From: Malacoraja senta
Lineage: Eukaryota
DNA length: 64,000 nt
Direction: 5' to 3'
Assembly (NCBI GenBank): GCA_038087875.1
Contig: CM075978.1
Span: 179,862,001-179,926,000, forward strand
A program made the position numbers and the translations under genes. The notes under the pieces were generated by a model, which ran no database searches, was not told the origin of the DNA, and saw only the letters and a program-made list of their open reading frames with translations. Of the stretch, positions 46,485 through 61,264 are shown one piece after another. Position 1 is the stretch's first letter, and each line of letters opens with the position of its first letter.

Positions 46485-49400
46485 ACCTGGCCACCGTTGA
46501 AGCACCAGCCTTCCAGCGAATACTGTATGGCTACCCAAGATGATTGTAATTGCAAGATGTGCCTACACAGTAGCCTACAAAACTTAAACATTAATAATTT
46601 TGAAATTCATCCCACAGGCGAATTAGATATGGGCACTGAAATTCTGGGAAAAATAATATGTTCAGTATCGGTCGACGTACTCACGGCTACATTATTGACT
46701 GTGAGTTACTTGTGGGATTAATGATTAAATATATATATATATATTACATTTATTTATTAGAAACAAATGTACAAAAGTAGAACAAACGGCATATAAAATT
46801 ATACAGTTATTGTACAGCTTCAATTTTGACTTTTTAGCTTTGAATTAGAAGAAAAGAAAAGAGAAAAAGCAAGAAAGAGAAAAAGTGAGACTGAAAAGAT
46901 AGGACCCCTAGACTACCAAAGTAGTGTGGCCAAAGAGTGGGTAAAAAAAAGAAAGAAAAGAGGAATAGAAAAAAAAGCACATAAAGAAAAAGAGAAAGAA
47001 AAGTCGTGGTATACCTGCCTCTCGTCCCTCACCACCCACCTCACCCAGCCCATAGTTAGATTTAAATCCAAAGTTGTGTTGCGCCATACTATCCTTGTAA
47101 GAAATCGATGAAGGGTGTCCATGTCTTGGAAAAATGATCTGTTTTTTCTGCCAAGACAAGTCTAATATTTTCAAGATGTAGTGTCTCGGACATGTTTATA
47201 ATCCACATCCACAAGATCCATAATCCACAAGAGTAGGGACTGATGTATGTTTCCAAAATTTAATATTAATTTTTTCGTGGTTATCAGGCCATAATTAAGG
47301 AAACATCTTTGAAATAGTGATAGTTCAGAACAGGCTTCTGAAGTACCTAGAGTGATCAGTTCCGTGTCGGGATCCAATTTTATTTTTAATGTTTTAGAAA
47401 AAATTTCAAACATTCCTCTCCAGAAATTATGTAACTTTATACAAGAGGTAAAGGAATGGGTTATAGTTGCTTCCTGAAGGAGACATTTATCACAAATAGG
47501 AGAAACATTTGGAAAGATATTCAGTTTAGACTTTGAATAATAGAGTCTGTGCGGTATTTTAAATTGAATTAACGAATGCCTAACGTTAAGAGAACAGTTA
47601 TGTATGTATAGAAGGCTTTCCTCCCATCTGTCTTTAAAATTTTTTAGGCCAAGTTCATCTTCGCAAGCTCTTCTAATTACTTCTGACAATGGGGTTTGTA
47701 TATTTAAAAGGGTATTACACAGATATGATATTAACTTGTTTGAATCCGAATTTTTATTCATACATTCGTCTAATGTGTCTGGCAACATAAATTGAAAGTC
47801 TTGGATATATGATTTCAGATAGTCTCGTATTGGAAGGTATCTAAAGTATTGGCTACCTTTCAGATGATATTTCGACTGTAATTCTTGAAATGAGAGAAGA
47901 GTTCCCATCTCATAAAGATCTCCCAGTTTTTTAATTCCTAATCTTTCCCAATGTGTGAACGTTTTGTCTAAAATAGACGGCTTGAACGCAGGATTGTTGG
48001 CAATTGGTGAAAGAAGAGATACATTTCTCAGTTTAAGGTTTGACCACTTGTTTCCAGATTCGTATGGTGCTGTGGATAATCGAATTTTTCTCATATAGTG
48101 TTTTCTTCAAATTTATTGGAGAGAGAAGAATCGTGCCTATATTAAAAGGCGCACAATCCTCTCTCTCCATTATTAACCATTTTACCTGTTGGCATGTGTT
48201 GTCCATCCAATAGATTACATTTTTAATATTCGTTGCCCAAAAATTGGGGAGAGCCAATCTGCCAATTTCTTTGGGTTTACATAGATGTCGTTTATGGATT
48301 CTGTGTGTTTTATAATCCCAAATAAAGTTTGTGATCAGAGAGTCAAGATTTAAAAAAAAAATTTAGGGAGATAAATCGGTATTGATTGAAATAAGTACAG
48401 GATTTGTGGAAGGAAGATCATCTTTATGGCATTTATTCTGCCTATGAGAGACATCGGAAGCGTTTTCCAAAATTGAGTAAGGGCATTTAGTTTGGTAATT
48501 AATGGAGGAAAGTTTGCTTGAAATAGAGAAATGTATTTTCTAGTTACGTAACCTCCAAGGTATTTAAATTTTTCCGTAGCAATTCTAAAAGGGAATTTTA
48601 GAAGGTGTGCCGGATCTTGAGGTTTTATTGACATGATTTCACTTTTGTTCCAATTTATTCTATATCCTGAAAAGGAACCGAATTCCTCTATAAGATTTAG
48701 TATACTTGGAATGCTAACCTGGGAATTGGTGAGATAAAGTAATACATCATCTGCATATAATGATATTTTATTATTAGAATATTTAGTATTATAGCCGTAA
48801 ATATTCGGGTGTACTCTTATACTTTCTGCTAAAGGTTCAATCGCAAGGGCAAATAACAGGGGTGATAATGCACATCGTTGTCTATTGCCCCTGGATAGCT
48901 GAAATTTAGGTGAGAGTATATGATTAGTCAGTATTCTGGCATACGGTTTGTCATATAGCAATTTTATCCATGAAATAAAATTTTCTCCCAACTGGAATTT
49001 TTGCAATACTATAAAAAGATATTTCCATTCTACTTGGTCCAATGCTTTTTCTGCATCTAATGAAATAATTGAGAAGTCTTCCTGTATCGTTCTGTGTGAG
49101 TACATTATATTAAACAGGCGTCTCTAATTATTAAACGAGTGTCTCTTGGGTATAAACCCAGTTTAATCAGAATGTATTAATTTATTAACGTATTTACTTA
49201 ATCTTCTTGCCAGGGTTTTAGCTAATATTTTCTGATCTGTATTTAACAGGGCAATTGCTCTGTATGATCCCTGGTCTTCCAGATCTTTATCTTTTTTGGG
49301 TATCAGTGTAATAGTTGATTCGGCTAAGGTTTGTGGTAGCGTCTGTTCTTTAAATACGTGTATATAAAGGTTATGTTAACGCGGGGAGATTACATCATAA

Positions 49401-52400
49401 TTTTTTAAATAAAATTAATTACTAAACCCGTCTGGGCCTGGTGTTTTGCCATTCTTCAATGAATTGATAGTCTCTTTGATTTCTTTAATTGTAATCTGTG
49501 CTCCTAATTCATCACGTTCCGCCACGTTAAGTAAGGAAAGATTACAGTTATCAAGGAACTTTGTAATTTTTCTCATTTCTGTTGATGTTTTGGATGTATA
49601 TAAATTTTGATAGAATTGGGCAAATCTTTCGTTAATATCTTTTGGAAGTGTGAACTGTTCACCTTTTTCTGATCTGATTTTTTGAATAGTATGATCCTTT
49701 CCACTTTTCTCAACTGACGTGTAGAAGTTTATGCGGTTTGTCGCCAAATTCAAAGTTCTCCTGTTTAGTAATTTGAAATAGCCTGATAACTCTTGCAGAG
49801 AGAATTCGATTTAGTTTGAATTTTAATACTGCCAAATTATTATGTTTATCCATAGACGGATCTGTCGCATTTTCGGAATCCAGCTGTCTGATCTATTCTT
49901 CTAATTGCAATTGTTCCATCCTGTTCTTTTTGTTTTGATATGCTTGATATGAAATGATAGAGCCTCTAATAAAGGCCGTAAAAGATTCCCATAATAACGA
50001 AGCCGAAATACCTGGAGTATCATTGGTCTCAAAAAAGAATTCCATCTGTTGTTTTAAATATTCACAGCAAACTGCGTTAGTTAGTATCTGGGGATTAAAC
50101 CTCCAGAACGATTTGTTATTGTACATTCCTTCTAGTTTTAAGGAGAAGGTTAGCAGGGATGATTGGAAATAATACTATTATGATATTTGGGATTAGTTGT
50201 AAAAGGTATTAATTTTGTGTCCACCGGAAAATAGTCAATACGTGTATAAGTTTTATGTACGGATGAATAAAAGGAATATTCTCTTCCGGATGGATTTGCA
50301 ATCTTCCATGCGTCTGTTATATTTGTATTTTTTATATACGTATTTAGGAGTTCGTTGATTAAATATTTGATGCCTTGCTTTACTACTATGAAAATTAATA
50401 CATATTTTGAAATATGTGTTGTGTTGTGATAAAGTAACTTTCCAAACGCTTTGAATTACGTTATTATTGTCAGTCACATAACTAAAATATACGTTTTATG
50501 GTTACTTCTGATCGCTCGGTCATTTTCAATGTATTTGTTATTTCCGAAAGAAAAAACTGCGAGGCGAGGGATTTAGGCCCTATATCATTCTGTCCCGTCT
50601 CGTCTCATTCTGACCTAAATACAGACAGTTTTCAGCATACCAAAGTCTATAGACACTTTATTTTTCACAACAACCACCACACGTTTTGTCGAGAGTTTGA
50701 GATGTGATCAATTTCCATTGAAATCTATTCTGGAAGAATATTTTTTTTAAGCATTTATACTACGACCATTGTACTACGGAGGTATTTTAGAAGACGGTGG
50801 AGCGTATATAATTCCGAGGCAATAAACAATAGTTTAATTATTAGAAATTACATTAAAAAGAACCAAATGCATGGTAGTGCAGGAGGTGGTCCGTAGTGTT
50901 CTGCTGTCAAGGTAGGATCATGGGTTTCCAAGCACTTTGAGGAACCTAATCGTTGTAGGAGAATAGCGAATTGAATCTGGCATTGTGCGCTTCAGTACCC
51001 CCTGCCTGATAGTTGCAGTGAAACGCGGGAATGGCGCGGTTAATAGAGGTTCAGATCCAGAGCACTATATTCATATGATTTGTTAACATGTACAGTATGT
51101 AACGAAATGTCTTCTGATCACCGGTGTGTATATATTACCAATCGCGTTGAGGGCTCTTATTCTCCACGTCACAAGGCGTTGAGCTCCTTATCTACTCTGT
51201 TCAGTCGCTTTATATGCATTTAGACTCAACATTGATGAAGTAATTTGCAACAATCAAAATCACCTTTTTTTTGCAATGTGTTAATAAGACCATTGGTCTG
51301 TCATTTTCTTCATAAGCATTGAGACCATTTCCCCCATTAATCTTTGATTCCACCTCCAGCTGAATGCAAGTTGATGTCAGGTTTATATTTTCGCTACTGT
51401 AACATTTTATTCGTCAAATGAAATGATGGCCAGTGGAGCAAGATGGCAATGGTTTTTATCATTGCATTAGACAGTGAGCAGAATATTGTAAATGACTCTT
51501 CACAGCAGTGCCGTTGATATTCGTCCACATCATCAAATGTCCCGGCGGCAATTAGCCATATAGGATGCGTCCAATCTTTGCAAACATGACGAACCTGGGT
51601 AATATAGTTAATTAACGAGAAAACCGCTGCCACCATAATTTGATCCAGCGTCATGAAATTCCTGCATATCCCATTTCCGCCCAACCAGCATGCAAAGAAC
51701 AAATTAATACATTTACCTGGAATAAAAACACCATTGACAGTATTAAAAAATAAACCTGCCGGTACTTCTAAAAGGCTTTTCCATGAAATTCGCCAGAATG
51801 TCTTGCTACAGTTTGACTCCAGCTCCACCATTTTCAACACAGTAAAGAGATGGAGAAGTAGACAATAGACAATAGACAATAGACAATAGGTGCATGAGTA
51901 GGCCATTCGGCCCTTCGAGCCAGCACCGCCATTCAATGTGATCATGGCTAATCATCCCCAATCAGCACCCCGTTCCTACCTTCTCCCCATTTCCCCTGAC
52001 TCCGCTATTTTTATGCGCCCTACCTAGCTCTCTCTTGAAAGCATCCAGAGAACCTGCCTCCACTACCCAATGAGGCAGAGAATTCCACAGACTCACCACT
52101 CTCTGTGAGAAAAAGTTCCTCGTCTCCGTTCTAAATGGCTTACTCCTTATTCTGAAACTGTGGCCCCTGGTTCTGGTCTCCCGCAACATCGGGAACATGT
52201 TTCCTGACAGTAGATCATTTGGCATGTTTTGCTGCTCTGTCATCCAGCATAATCCCGAATAATCACCGCCACTTTCCTGCATTATTCTTATTTAATTCGA
52301 ATACATTAATGTATAACGTATTGTTCCTGTCTGGAATACACGTGGACACGTGTACACTAAGATTTCAAAGTCCACATGAACAGAGAATTCCCAATATTAT

Positions 52401-55400
52401 TGATCTTTTGTTCCGCTTCTCTCCAACAGGCTTTTACAAAAATGTTTCAAATTATTTGGCCTCAGATCTTCTACAAATCATAAACACGTCCCTTCTCTCA
52501 GGTGTCTTCCCAAAGGCCCTGAAAACTGCAGTCATCAAGCCACTCTTAAAAAAGGACAATCTAGACACGTCACTAATGTGCAAATGCTGGCCCATATCAA
52601 ACTTTCCATTTTAAATAAACTTTGAAAAAGCTGTTTTTCAACAGCTTAACAAATTCTTGTCACTAAACAACTGCTTTGATGTCTTCCAGTCGGGTTTTCG
52701 ACCGCACCAAAGCACTGAAACTGTTCTTGTTAAGGTCTTCAATGACATCCACTTATATACAGACAAAATACAGGCAAATTTTCAGTCATCGTATTACTGG
52801 ATCTCAGTGCTGCATTTGACACAGTCGACCACACCATATCACTAGACCGATTGGAAAACTGGGTTGGACTTTCTGGTACAGTACTAAACTGCTTTTAATC
52901 CTACTTAAAGAACAGGGATTACTTTGTGTCTTTAGGTAATTACACATCAGAGTGGGCAAATATGACATGTGGAGTTCTGGGGCCTCTTCTGTTTAACATC
53001 TACATGCTCCCACTGGTTCAGATTATGGAAAACAACGAAATAAGTTACAATAATTATGCAGACGACACAAAAATTTAGATAACTATATCACCAGGGGGAC
53101 TATGGTCCAATGCAAATACTGAGTAGGTGCATCGAACAAATCAAGGATTGGCTGTGCCAAAACTTTCTTCAATTAAATGAAGACAAAACTGAGGCCGTTT
53201 TTTTTTTAGCCAAAGAGGATCGATTAAAAGTCAGTGCTCAGCTTCAACCGGCAATGTTATAAACCACGGACAAAGCCAGAACTCTTGGTGTAGTCATGAA
53301 CTCAGACCTGAACATCAATAGCCACTTTACGACAATTACAAAGTCAGCCTACTATAACCTTAAGAATATATCGAGGGTTAAAGGACTAATGGTTTTGCAG
53401 GATTTGGAAAAACTTGTCCATGCATTTATCTTCAGTAGACTTGACTACCGTAATGCTGTCTTCACAGGTCTCCCCAAAAAAAATCGATTAGACAGCTGCA
53501 GCAGATTCAGAAAGCTGCTGCTCGAGTCCTCTCTAAGACCAAGAAAGTGGATCACATCACTCCAGTTTTGAGGTCTTTACTGTTAAAGAATTGATTTCAA
53601 AATATTACTGTTGCTTTATAAATCATGCATGGTCTGGGCCAAAATGCATTTCTGGTCTTCTGCTATATTATGAACCATCCAGACCTCTGAGATCGTCAGG
53701 GACAGGTCTGCTTTCTGTCCCAAGAGTCAGAACTAAACTTGGAGAAGCAGCGTTTAGTTTTTATGCACCACATATATGGAACAAACTTCCAGAAAAATGC
53801 AGGTCCGCTCCAACTCTCAGTTCTTTTAAATCGGGGCTGAAGACTTTTCTGTTTGACGTTGCCTTTGATTAAATAAAATAATTATTCATTCTTACACTGC
53901 GCTGTAACTTTTATTCTTGTATTTTATACTTGTCTTATTTTATTTTAGCTTGTTTTTATTTTCTATTCTTTATAATAACTGTTTTTTAATTACATTGATT
54001 GCTCTTTAATACTTTGTATAAAGCACTTTGAATTGCCTTGTTGCTGAAATGTGCTATATAAATAAACTTGTTTGCTTGCTCTGAACACTACATGGAAGTC
54101 AAAATAAACAATGTCCAATATTAGCTGAATACACCCTGTACATCCTGAATAATACTCTCAATGGCAAAATGATTTTCTTTCACAAATTCACATTCAGATG
54201 CTGACTCATCCTTCTAAATTCCAGTGAATACAAGCCCAGTCTTTCCAATCTTGCAACAAATGACAGTCCCGCCATCCCACGGATGAACCTTGTGAACCTA
54301 CCTCAATAGCAAGGATGTTGTTCCTCAAATTAGGAGACCAAACTGGCACACAATACTCCAGATGTGGTCTCACCAGTGCTCTGTACAACTGCAGAATGAC
54401 CTCTTTACTCAAATTAATCCTTTACCACCTCACTCAAAAGTCACCCTGCAACCTCCTAGCATCCTCTTCGCAGTTCACATTTTTGTGTCATCTGCAAATC
54501 TGCTAGTGTTACTTTTAATCCCATCATCTAAATCATTAATATATATTGTAAATAGTTGCGGCACTCCACTCGCCACTGCCTGTTAATCTGACAGGTACCC
54601 GTTTATTCCTACTCTTTGTTTCCTGTCTGCGAACCAATTCTCTATCCTTGTCAATATCCTACCCCCAATACCATGTGCTCTAATTTTGCCCACTCATCTC
54701 CTGTGTGGAATCGGAGTGAAGCCAGAACTAAAGTACCTGTTCAACTCTTCTGTCATTTCTTTGTTCCCCATAATAATTTCACCTGTTTCTGCCTTTAAGG
54801 GACCCACATTTGTCTTTACTAATCTTTTTCTCTTAACATACCTAAATAAGCTTTTACTATCCTTCTTTATATTCTTGGCCAGCTTACCCTCGTACTTCAT
54901 CTTTTTACCGCATATTGCCCTTTTTGTTACCTTCAGTTGTCCTTTGAAAGTGTTCCAATCCTCTGGCTACCTGCTACTCTTTGCTATGTTATACACCTTT
55001 TCCTTTAGTTTTATTCCACCGCTAACTTCCCTTGTCAGCCACGGTTGCCTCTTACTCCCCTTAGAATCTTTCTTCCTCTTTGGAATGAAATGATCCTGCA
55101 TCTTCTGGATTATGTCCAGAAATTCCTATCATTCCTGTTCCACCGTCATTCCTGCTAGGATCCCTTTCCAGTCGACCTTGGTCAGCTCCTCTCTCATGCT
55201 TTAATAGTCCCATTTGTTTAACTGCAACACTGACACTTTTGATTTAACCTTCTCCCTCTCAAATTGCAGATTAAACCGTATCATATTATGATCACCACCT
55301 CCTAGCGGTTCCTTTACATTAAGTTCCCTTATTAAATCTGGTTCATTGGACAACACTAAATCCAGAATTGCCTTCTCTCTGGTAGGCTCCAGTCCAAGCT

Positions 55401-58400
55401 GCTCTAAGAATCCATCTTGTATGCACTCTACAAACTCCCTTTCTTGGCGTCCAAAACCAACCTGATTTTCCCAGTCTACCTGCATATTGAAATCTCCCAT
55501 AACCACAGTGGCATTACCTTTGTTACTTGCCAATTTTAACTCCTGCTGCAACTTGCACGTATCTCCAGGAGAAATGGGAAAGATGTAGCAACACTTATAG
55601 GGGTGTATTATAGACTGCCTAATGGGGAGCGAGAATTGGAAGAACAAATATGTAAGGAGATAGCAGATATTAGTAGTAAGCACAAGGTAGTGATTGTGGG
55701 AGATTTCAATTTTCCACACATAGGCTGGGAAACACATTCTGTAAAAGGGCTGGATGGTTTGGAGTTTGTAAAATGTGTGCAGGATCGTTTTTTGCAGCAA
55801 TACATAGAGGCACCTACTAGAGAAGGGGCAGTGCTGGACGTCCTGTTAGGAAATGAGACAGGTCAGGTGGCGGAGGTATGTTTTGGGGAGCACTTCGGGT
55901 CCAGTGATCACAATACCATTAGTTTCAATATAATTATGGAGAAGGTCAGAACTGGACCAGGGGTTGAGGTTTTTGATTGGAGAAAGGCTAACTTTGAGGA
56001 GATGCGAAAGGATTTAAAAGGAGCGAATTGGGAGATTTTGTTTTATGGGAAGGATGTAGAAGAGAAATGGAGGACATTTAAAGGTGAAATTTTAAGAGTA
56101 CAGAATTTTTATGTCCCTGTTCGGTTGAAAGGAAAGAGTAATAATTGGAAAGAGCCATGGTTTTCAAGGGAAATTGGACACGGTTCGGAAAAAGAGAGAG
56201 ATCTACAATAATTATAGGCAGCATGGAGTAAATGAGGTGCTTGAGGAGTATAAAGAATGTAAAAAGAATCTTAAGAAAGAAATTAGAAAAGCTGAAAGAA
56301 GATATGAGGTTGCTTTGGAAAGTAAGATGAAAGTAAATCCAAAGGGTTTCTACAGCTATATTAATAGCAAAAGGATATCGAGGGATAAAATTGGTCCATT
56401 AGAGAGTCAGAGTGGACAGCTATCTGCAGAGCCAAAAGAGATGGTGGAGATATTGAACAATTTATTTTCGTCAGTATTCACCAAGGGGAAGGATATTGAA
56501 CTATGTGAGGTTAGGGAAACAAGTAGAGTAGCTATGGAAACTATGAGGATCAAAGAAGAGGAAGTACTGACTCTTTAAAAAAATATAAACGTGGATAAGT
56601 CTCCGGGTCCTGACAGGATATTCCCTAGGAGATTGAGGGAAGTTAGTGTAGAAATAGCAGCGGCTATGACAGAAATATTTCAAATGTCATTAGAAACGGG
56701 AATGGTGCCGGAGGATTGGCGTACTGCGCATGTTGTTCCATTGTTTAAAAAGGGTTCTAAGAGTAAACCTGCCAATTATAGACCTGTTAGTTTGACGTCA
56801 GTGGTGGGAAAATTAATGGAAAGGAAACTTAGAGATAATATATATAATCATCTGGATAAACAGGGTCTGATTAGGAACAGTCAACATGGATTTGTGCCTG
56901 GAAGGTCATGTTTGACTAATCTTCTTGAATTTTTTGAAGAGGTTACTAGGGAAATTGATGAGGGTAAAGCGGTGCATGTTGTCTATATGGACTTCATTAA
57001 GGCCTTTGACAAGGTTCCACATGGAAGGTTGGTTAAGAAGGTTCAATTGTTGGGTATTAATAGTGGAGTAGCAAGATGGATTCAACAGTGGCTGAATGGG
57101 AGATACCAGAGAGTAATGGTGGATAACTGTTTGTCAGGTTGGAGGCTGGTGACTAGTGGGGTGCCTCAGGGATCTGTGTTGGGTTCACTGTTGTTTGTCA
57201 TATACATCAATGATCTGGATGATGGTGTGGTAAATTGGATTAGTAAGTATGCAGATGATACTAAGATAGGTGGTGTTGTGGATAATGAAGTAGATTTTCA
57301 AAGTCTACAGAGAGATTTAGGCCATTTGGAAGAGTGGGCTGAAAGATGGCAGATGGAGTTTAATGCTGATAAGTGTGAGGTGCTACATCTTGGCAGGACA
57401 AATCAAAATAGGACGTACATGGTAAATGGTAGCGAATTGAGGAATGCAGTTGAACAGAGGGATCTAGGAATAACTGTGCATAGTTCCCTGAAGGTGGAAT
57501 CTCATGTAGATAGGGTGGTAAAGAAAGCTTTTGGTGTGCTGGCCTTTATAAATCAGAGCATTGAGTATAGAAGTTGGGATGTAATGTTAAAATTGTACAA
57601 GGCATTGGTGAGGCCAATTCTGGGGTATGATGTACAATTTTGGTCGCCAAATTTTAGGAAAGATGTCAACAAAATAGAGAGAGTACAGAGGAGATTTACT
57701 AGAATGTTGTCTGGGTTTCAGCACCTAAGTTACAGAGAAAGGTTGAACAAGTTAGGTCTTTATTCTTTGGAGCGCAGAAGGTTAAGGGGGGACTTGATAG
57801 AGGTCTTTAAAATTATGAGAGGGATAGACAGAGTTGACGCGGATAAGCTTTTCCATTGAGAGTAGGGAAGATTCAAACAAGAGGACATAGTTTGAGAATT
57901 AAGGGACAAAAGTTTAGGGGTAACATGAGGGGGAACTTCTTTACTCAGAGAGTGGTAGCTGTGTGGAATGAGCATCCAGTGGAAGTGGTGGAGGCAGGTT
58001 CGATTTTATCATTTAAAAATAAATTGGATAGGTATATGGACGGAAAAGGAATGGAGGGTTATGGTCTGTGTGCAGGTAGATGGGACTAGGTGAGAGTAAG
58101 TGTTCGGCACGGACTAGAAGGGTCGAGATGGCCTGTTTCCGTGCTGTAATTGTTGTATGGTTATATACTGTTTGGGGGCCTGTAGATAACTCCCATCAGT
58201 GTCTTCTTAGCTTTACAATTGCTCAATTCTATCCACAGCGAATCGACATCATCAGTCCCTATGTCACCCCTCGCAGGGGACTGAATTTCATCCCTCACCA
58301 ACAGAGCCACCCCACCTTCTCCGCCCACCTGCCTGTCCTTTCCATAGGACGTATAACCCTGAATATTCAGAATATTCCGTGAAATAATCCTGATTAGCCG

Positions 58401-59854
58401 TTCAAACTACTGTATTACAATCCCAACAGTATTATATTCCAGCATTTCCCAAATGCTACAGCCTTGCAAATACTCGTTTTCTCAATCTTATTCTGTTTTT
58501 AAATAGTGGGATAACAGTTTCTACATTTTTTTAGAATTGTTTGAGATCACTAGGACTTTTGCGCGACTGACAAAATCATCCATGATTTCGTTTCCACATG
58601 TGGTATTAATAGACGTAATAAGAAATTGCTGGAGAGGATTCTGAGATATAATATCGACATATTTGAATAAAGAGGGGCTGAGTAGACATAACCAGGATGG
58701 TTAGCTACATGTGAGATTGTGTCCCACAAATTTGATTGAGTTTCCTGAAGAAATAACCAAGAACATGAGCGGCAAGGTGGTTTAGCGGTAGAGCTACTGC
58801 CTTACAGAGACCTGGGTTCGATCCTGACCGCGGGTGCTTCACGGAGTTTGTACTTCTCCCCGTGACCTGCGTGTATTTTCTCCAAGATCTTAGGTTTCCT
58901 CTCACACTCCAAATACGTAGAAGTTTGAAGGTTAATTGGCTTGGAATCAATGTAAAACGTGTCACCAGTATGTGCAGGATAATGTTAATGTGCGGTCGTA
59001 GGTCGGCGCGGACTCGGTGGGCCAAAGAACGCTGTATCTCGAAACTAAGGACAAGGCTGCAGAAGGGCCTTTGATACTGTTTTGCATCATATTATCTACA
59101 TCACTGGTGACCATCGGACTATCTTTGATTCGGACTTTGCTGGCTTTACCTTGCACTAAACGTTATTCTCGTAACATTTACCTCCACACTAAATGGGTCA
59201 ATTGTAATCATGTATTGCCTTTCCGCTGACTGGATAACAAGCAACAAAAGCTTTTCACTGTACCTCGGTACACGTGACAATAAACTAAAGTGAAACTTAT
59301 GGCTGACTATATTCCTTCATATCAACCAGAATAAAAAATAAAAAGGGGAGAATGCGGAGTCAAATATTTTATTGATAAACATTACTCCAGATGCGTGAAG
59401 TTAATAAAAGTGATATTTTCTTTTAATTCTGGCTCCGTTTTGCGCAAACTGTTCACGACTCTGAAATACATCGTTCAACGTTTATCAAGAGAGAAATAAA
59501 AATCGTTTTTTGACATGTGTTTCAATTACAGATTAAAGTGAAAGAAAATTGCCATATCATTCCCCTAATCCAATAAAATTGAAATAGCCAGTGTGGAACA
59601 ACCAAAGAACACATATATATTTCACACCGAGCAGACGAAATTCTTGATCATCATTTTCATATTAGATAATATGTAATCAGCAGAACGAATGCACTTGATA
59701 ATGTTAGGAATTCACTTACAGTTTTCAAAGTTTTGCTTAAGTCATGAATACCGCGCATTAGAAACTGATCAGTTAATAGTTATACGAGCACAACCACCAA
59801 TCAGTATTGTTTCCATAAACGATGTTTTGCACGCATAAACTATTTATTCGCGTT

Positions 59855-59858
<4 letters not shown>

Positions 59859-59890
<32 letters not shown>

Positions 59891-61264
59891 TTTTTTATTT
59901 TTTAGAAGTACGGTAGATTACAGTAATGTACAACACGTATATATTAATACATTTTTTGTACCGCTTCACTTTTTTAAACTTTAAGAAAGAAAAAGAAAGA
60001 AGTAAGAAAAGTGAAGAAAGTGCGCAAAGGTTGTGAAGTGCAAAAGAGTGTTGGGAAAAGAAAGCCCCTTAGAAAAGAGGTTAGAGAAGGAAGTAAAGTT
60101 AGAAAATAGACCCTAGAAAAAAAAGAGAAAGAAAGAAGGAACAATCGCTCTATTATGACTCTTATACCATACTTCATAGAGAAGGAACTACCAACCAAGT
60201 CTATTTTTATTTTACCTCCCATTACCAGGTCCAGATACCTTTTATTTATTTATTTGTTTTTCTAAATTACTATTGCACCTCATGCTTGTAATAGGTCCAA
60301 AAACGTAGACCACGTCTTTTGAAATTGATCTGCTTTGCCTACTAGGAGGAATCTCATCTCTTCCAGATGTAATGTTTCCAACATATTTGATGTCCACATT
60401 TTTATTGTTGGTGTGGGCGCATTTTTCCAGAATTTAAGTATAAGCTTTTTTCCCATTATTAGCCCATAATTGAGTAAATTCTTCTGATACACGTTTAATT
60501 CAGGAATACCTTCCGATATTCCAAAAATAATCCATTCTGGTTTTGGTACCAGTTTTATTTTGATTAATTTTGAAAAAATATCAAATATTTCAAACCAGAA
60601 TTTTTGGATTTTTGTACAAAAAACAAAAGAATGTGCTATGGTAGCTTCTTGACATATACATTTATCACAGATTGGTGAGACGTTAGGAAAGATTTTATTT
60701 AGTTTGGTTTTTGAATAATATAATCTATGTAATGTTTTAAATTGGATAAGCGTATGTCGTACGTTGATCGAGCATTTATGCACCTGTAATAAATGATTAT
60801 CCCAACTCTCTTTTGAAATTTTTATACCTAGATCTTGTTCCCAATCTCTTCTAATTCCATCTGTTGTGGGTATTTCTATATTTAAAATGATATTATATAA
60901 GTATGATATTAAATTAGCTGATTCCGCCTTTGTCTTCATTGCTTCATCTAGTAAGTCGGAAGGCATATTATAATAATCTTTTGTGTGTGTTTTCAAATAG
61001 TCACAGATTTGTATATATTTAAAATATTGATTATTTTTCAAATTATATTTCAGTTGTAGTTGTTGGAATGATAGTAATTTTTCTAATTCATACAGATCTT
61101 CGAGCGTTTTAATTCCCATTCTTTCCCATTGTATAAATGCTTTATCTATGATTGAAGGTTTAAACGATGGGTTATTGACTATTGGTATTAAGAGAGATAG
61201 GTTTCTTAATTTTAGATTCTGTTTTATTTGCTTCCATGTTCTAATAGTGCTATATATAATTGGA
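59859..61264 (-). mobile_element. Young 5'-truncated L1 insertion (1406 bp, poly(A) of 29 nt, 15-bp TSD)
   Basis: TSD TTATTCGCGTTGTTC at 59844-59858 and 61265-61279. An uninterrupted 333-codon ORF2 C-terminus contains CDKC..EATIAHSFVFC. The empty site is at 19521-19535. Confidence 0.98.
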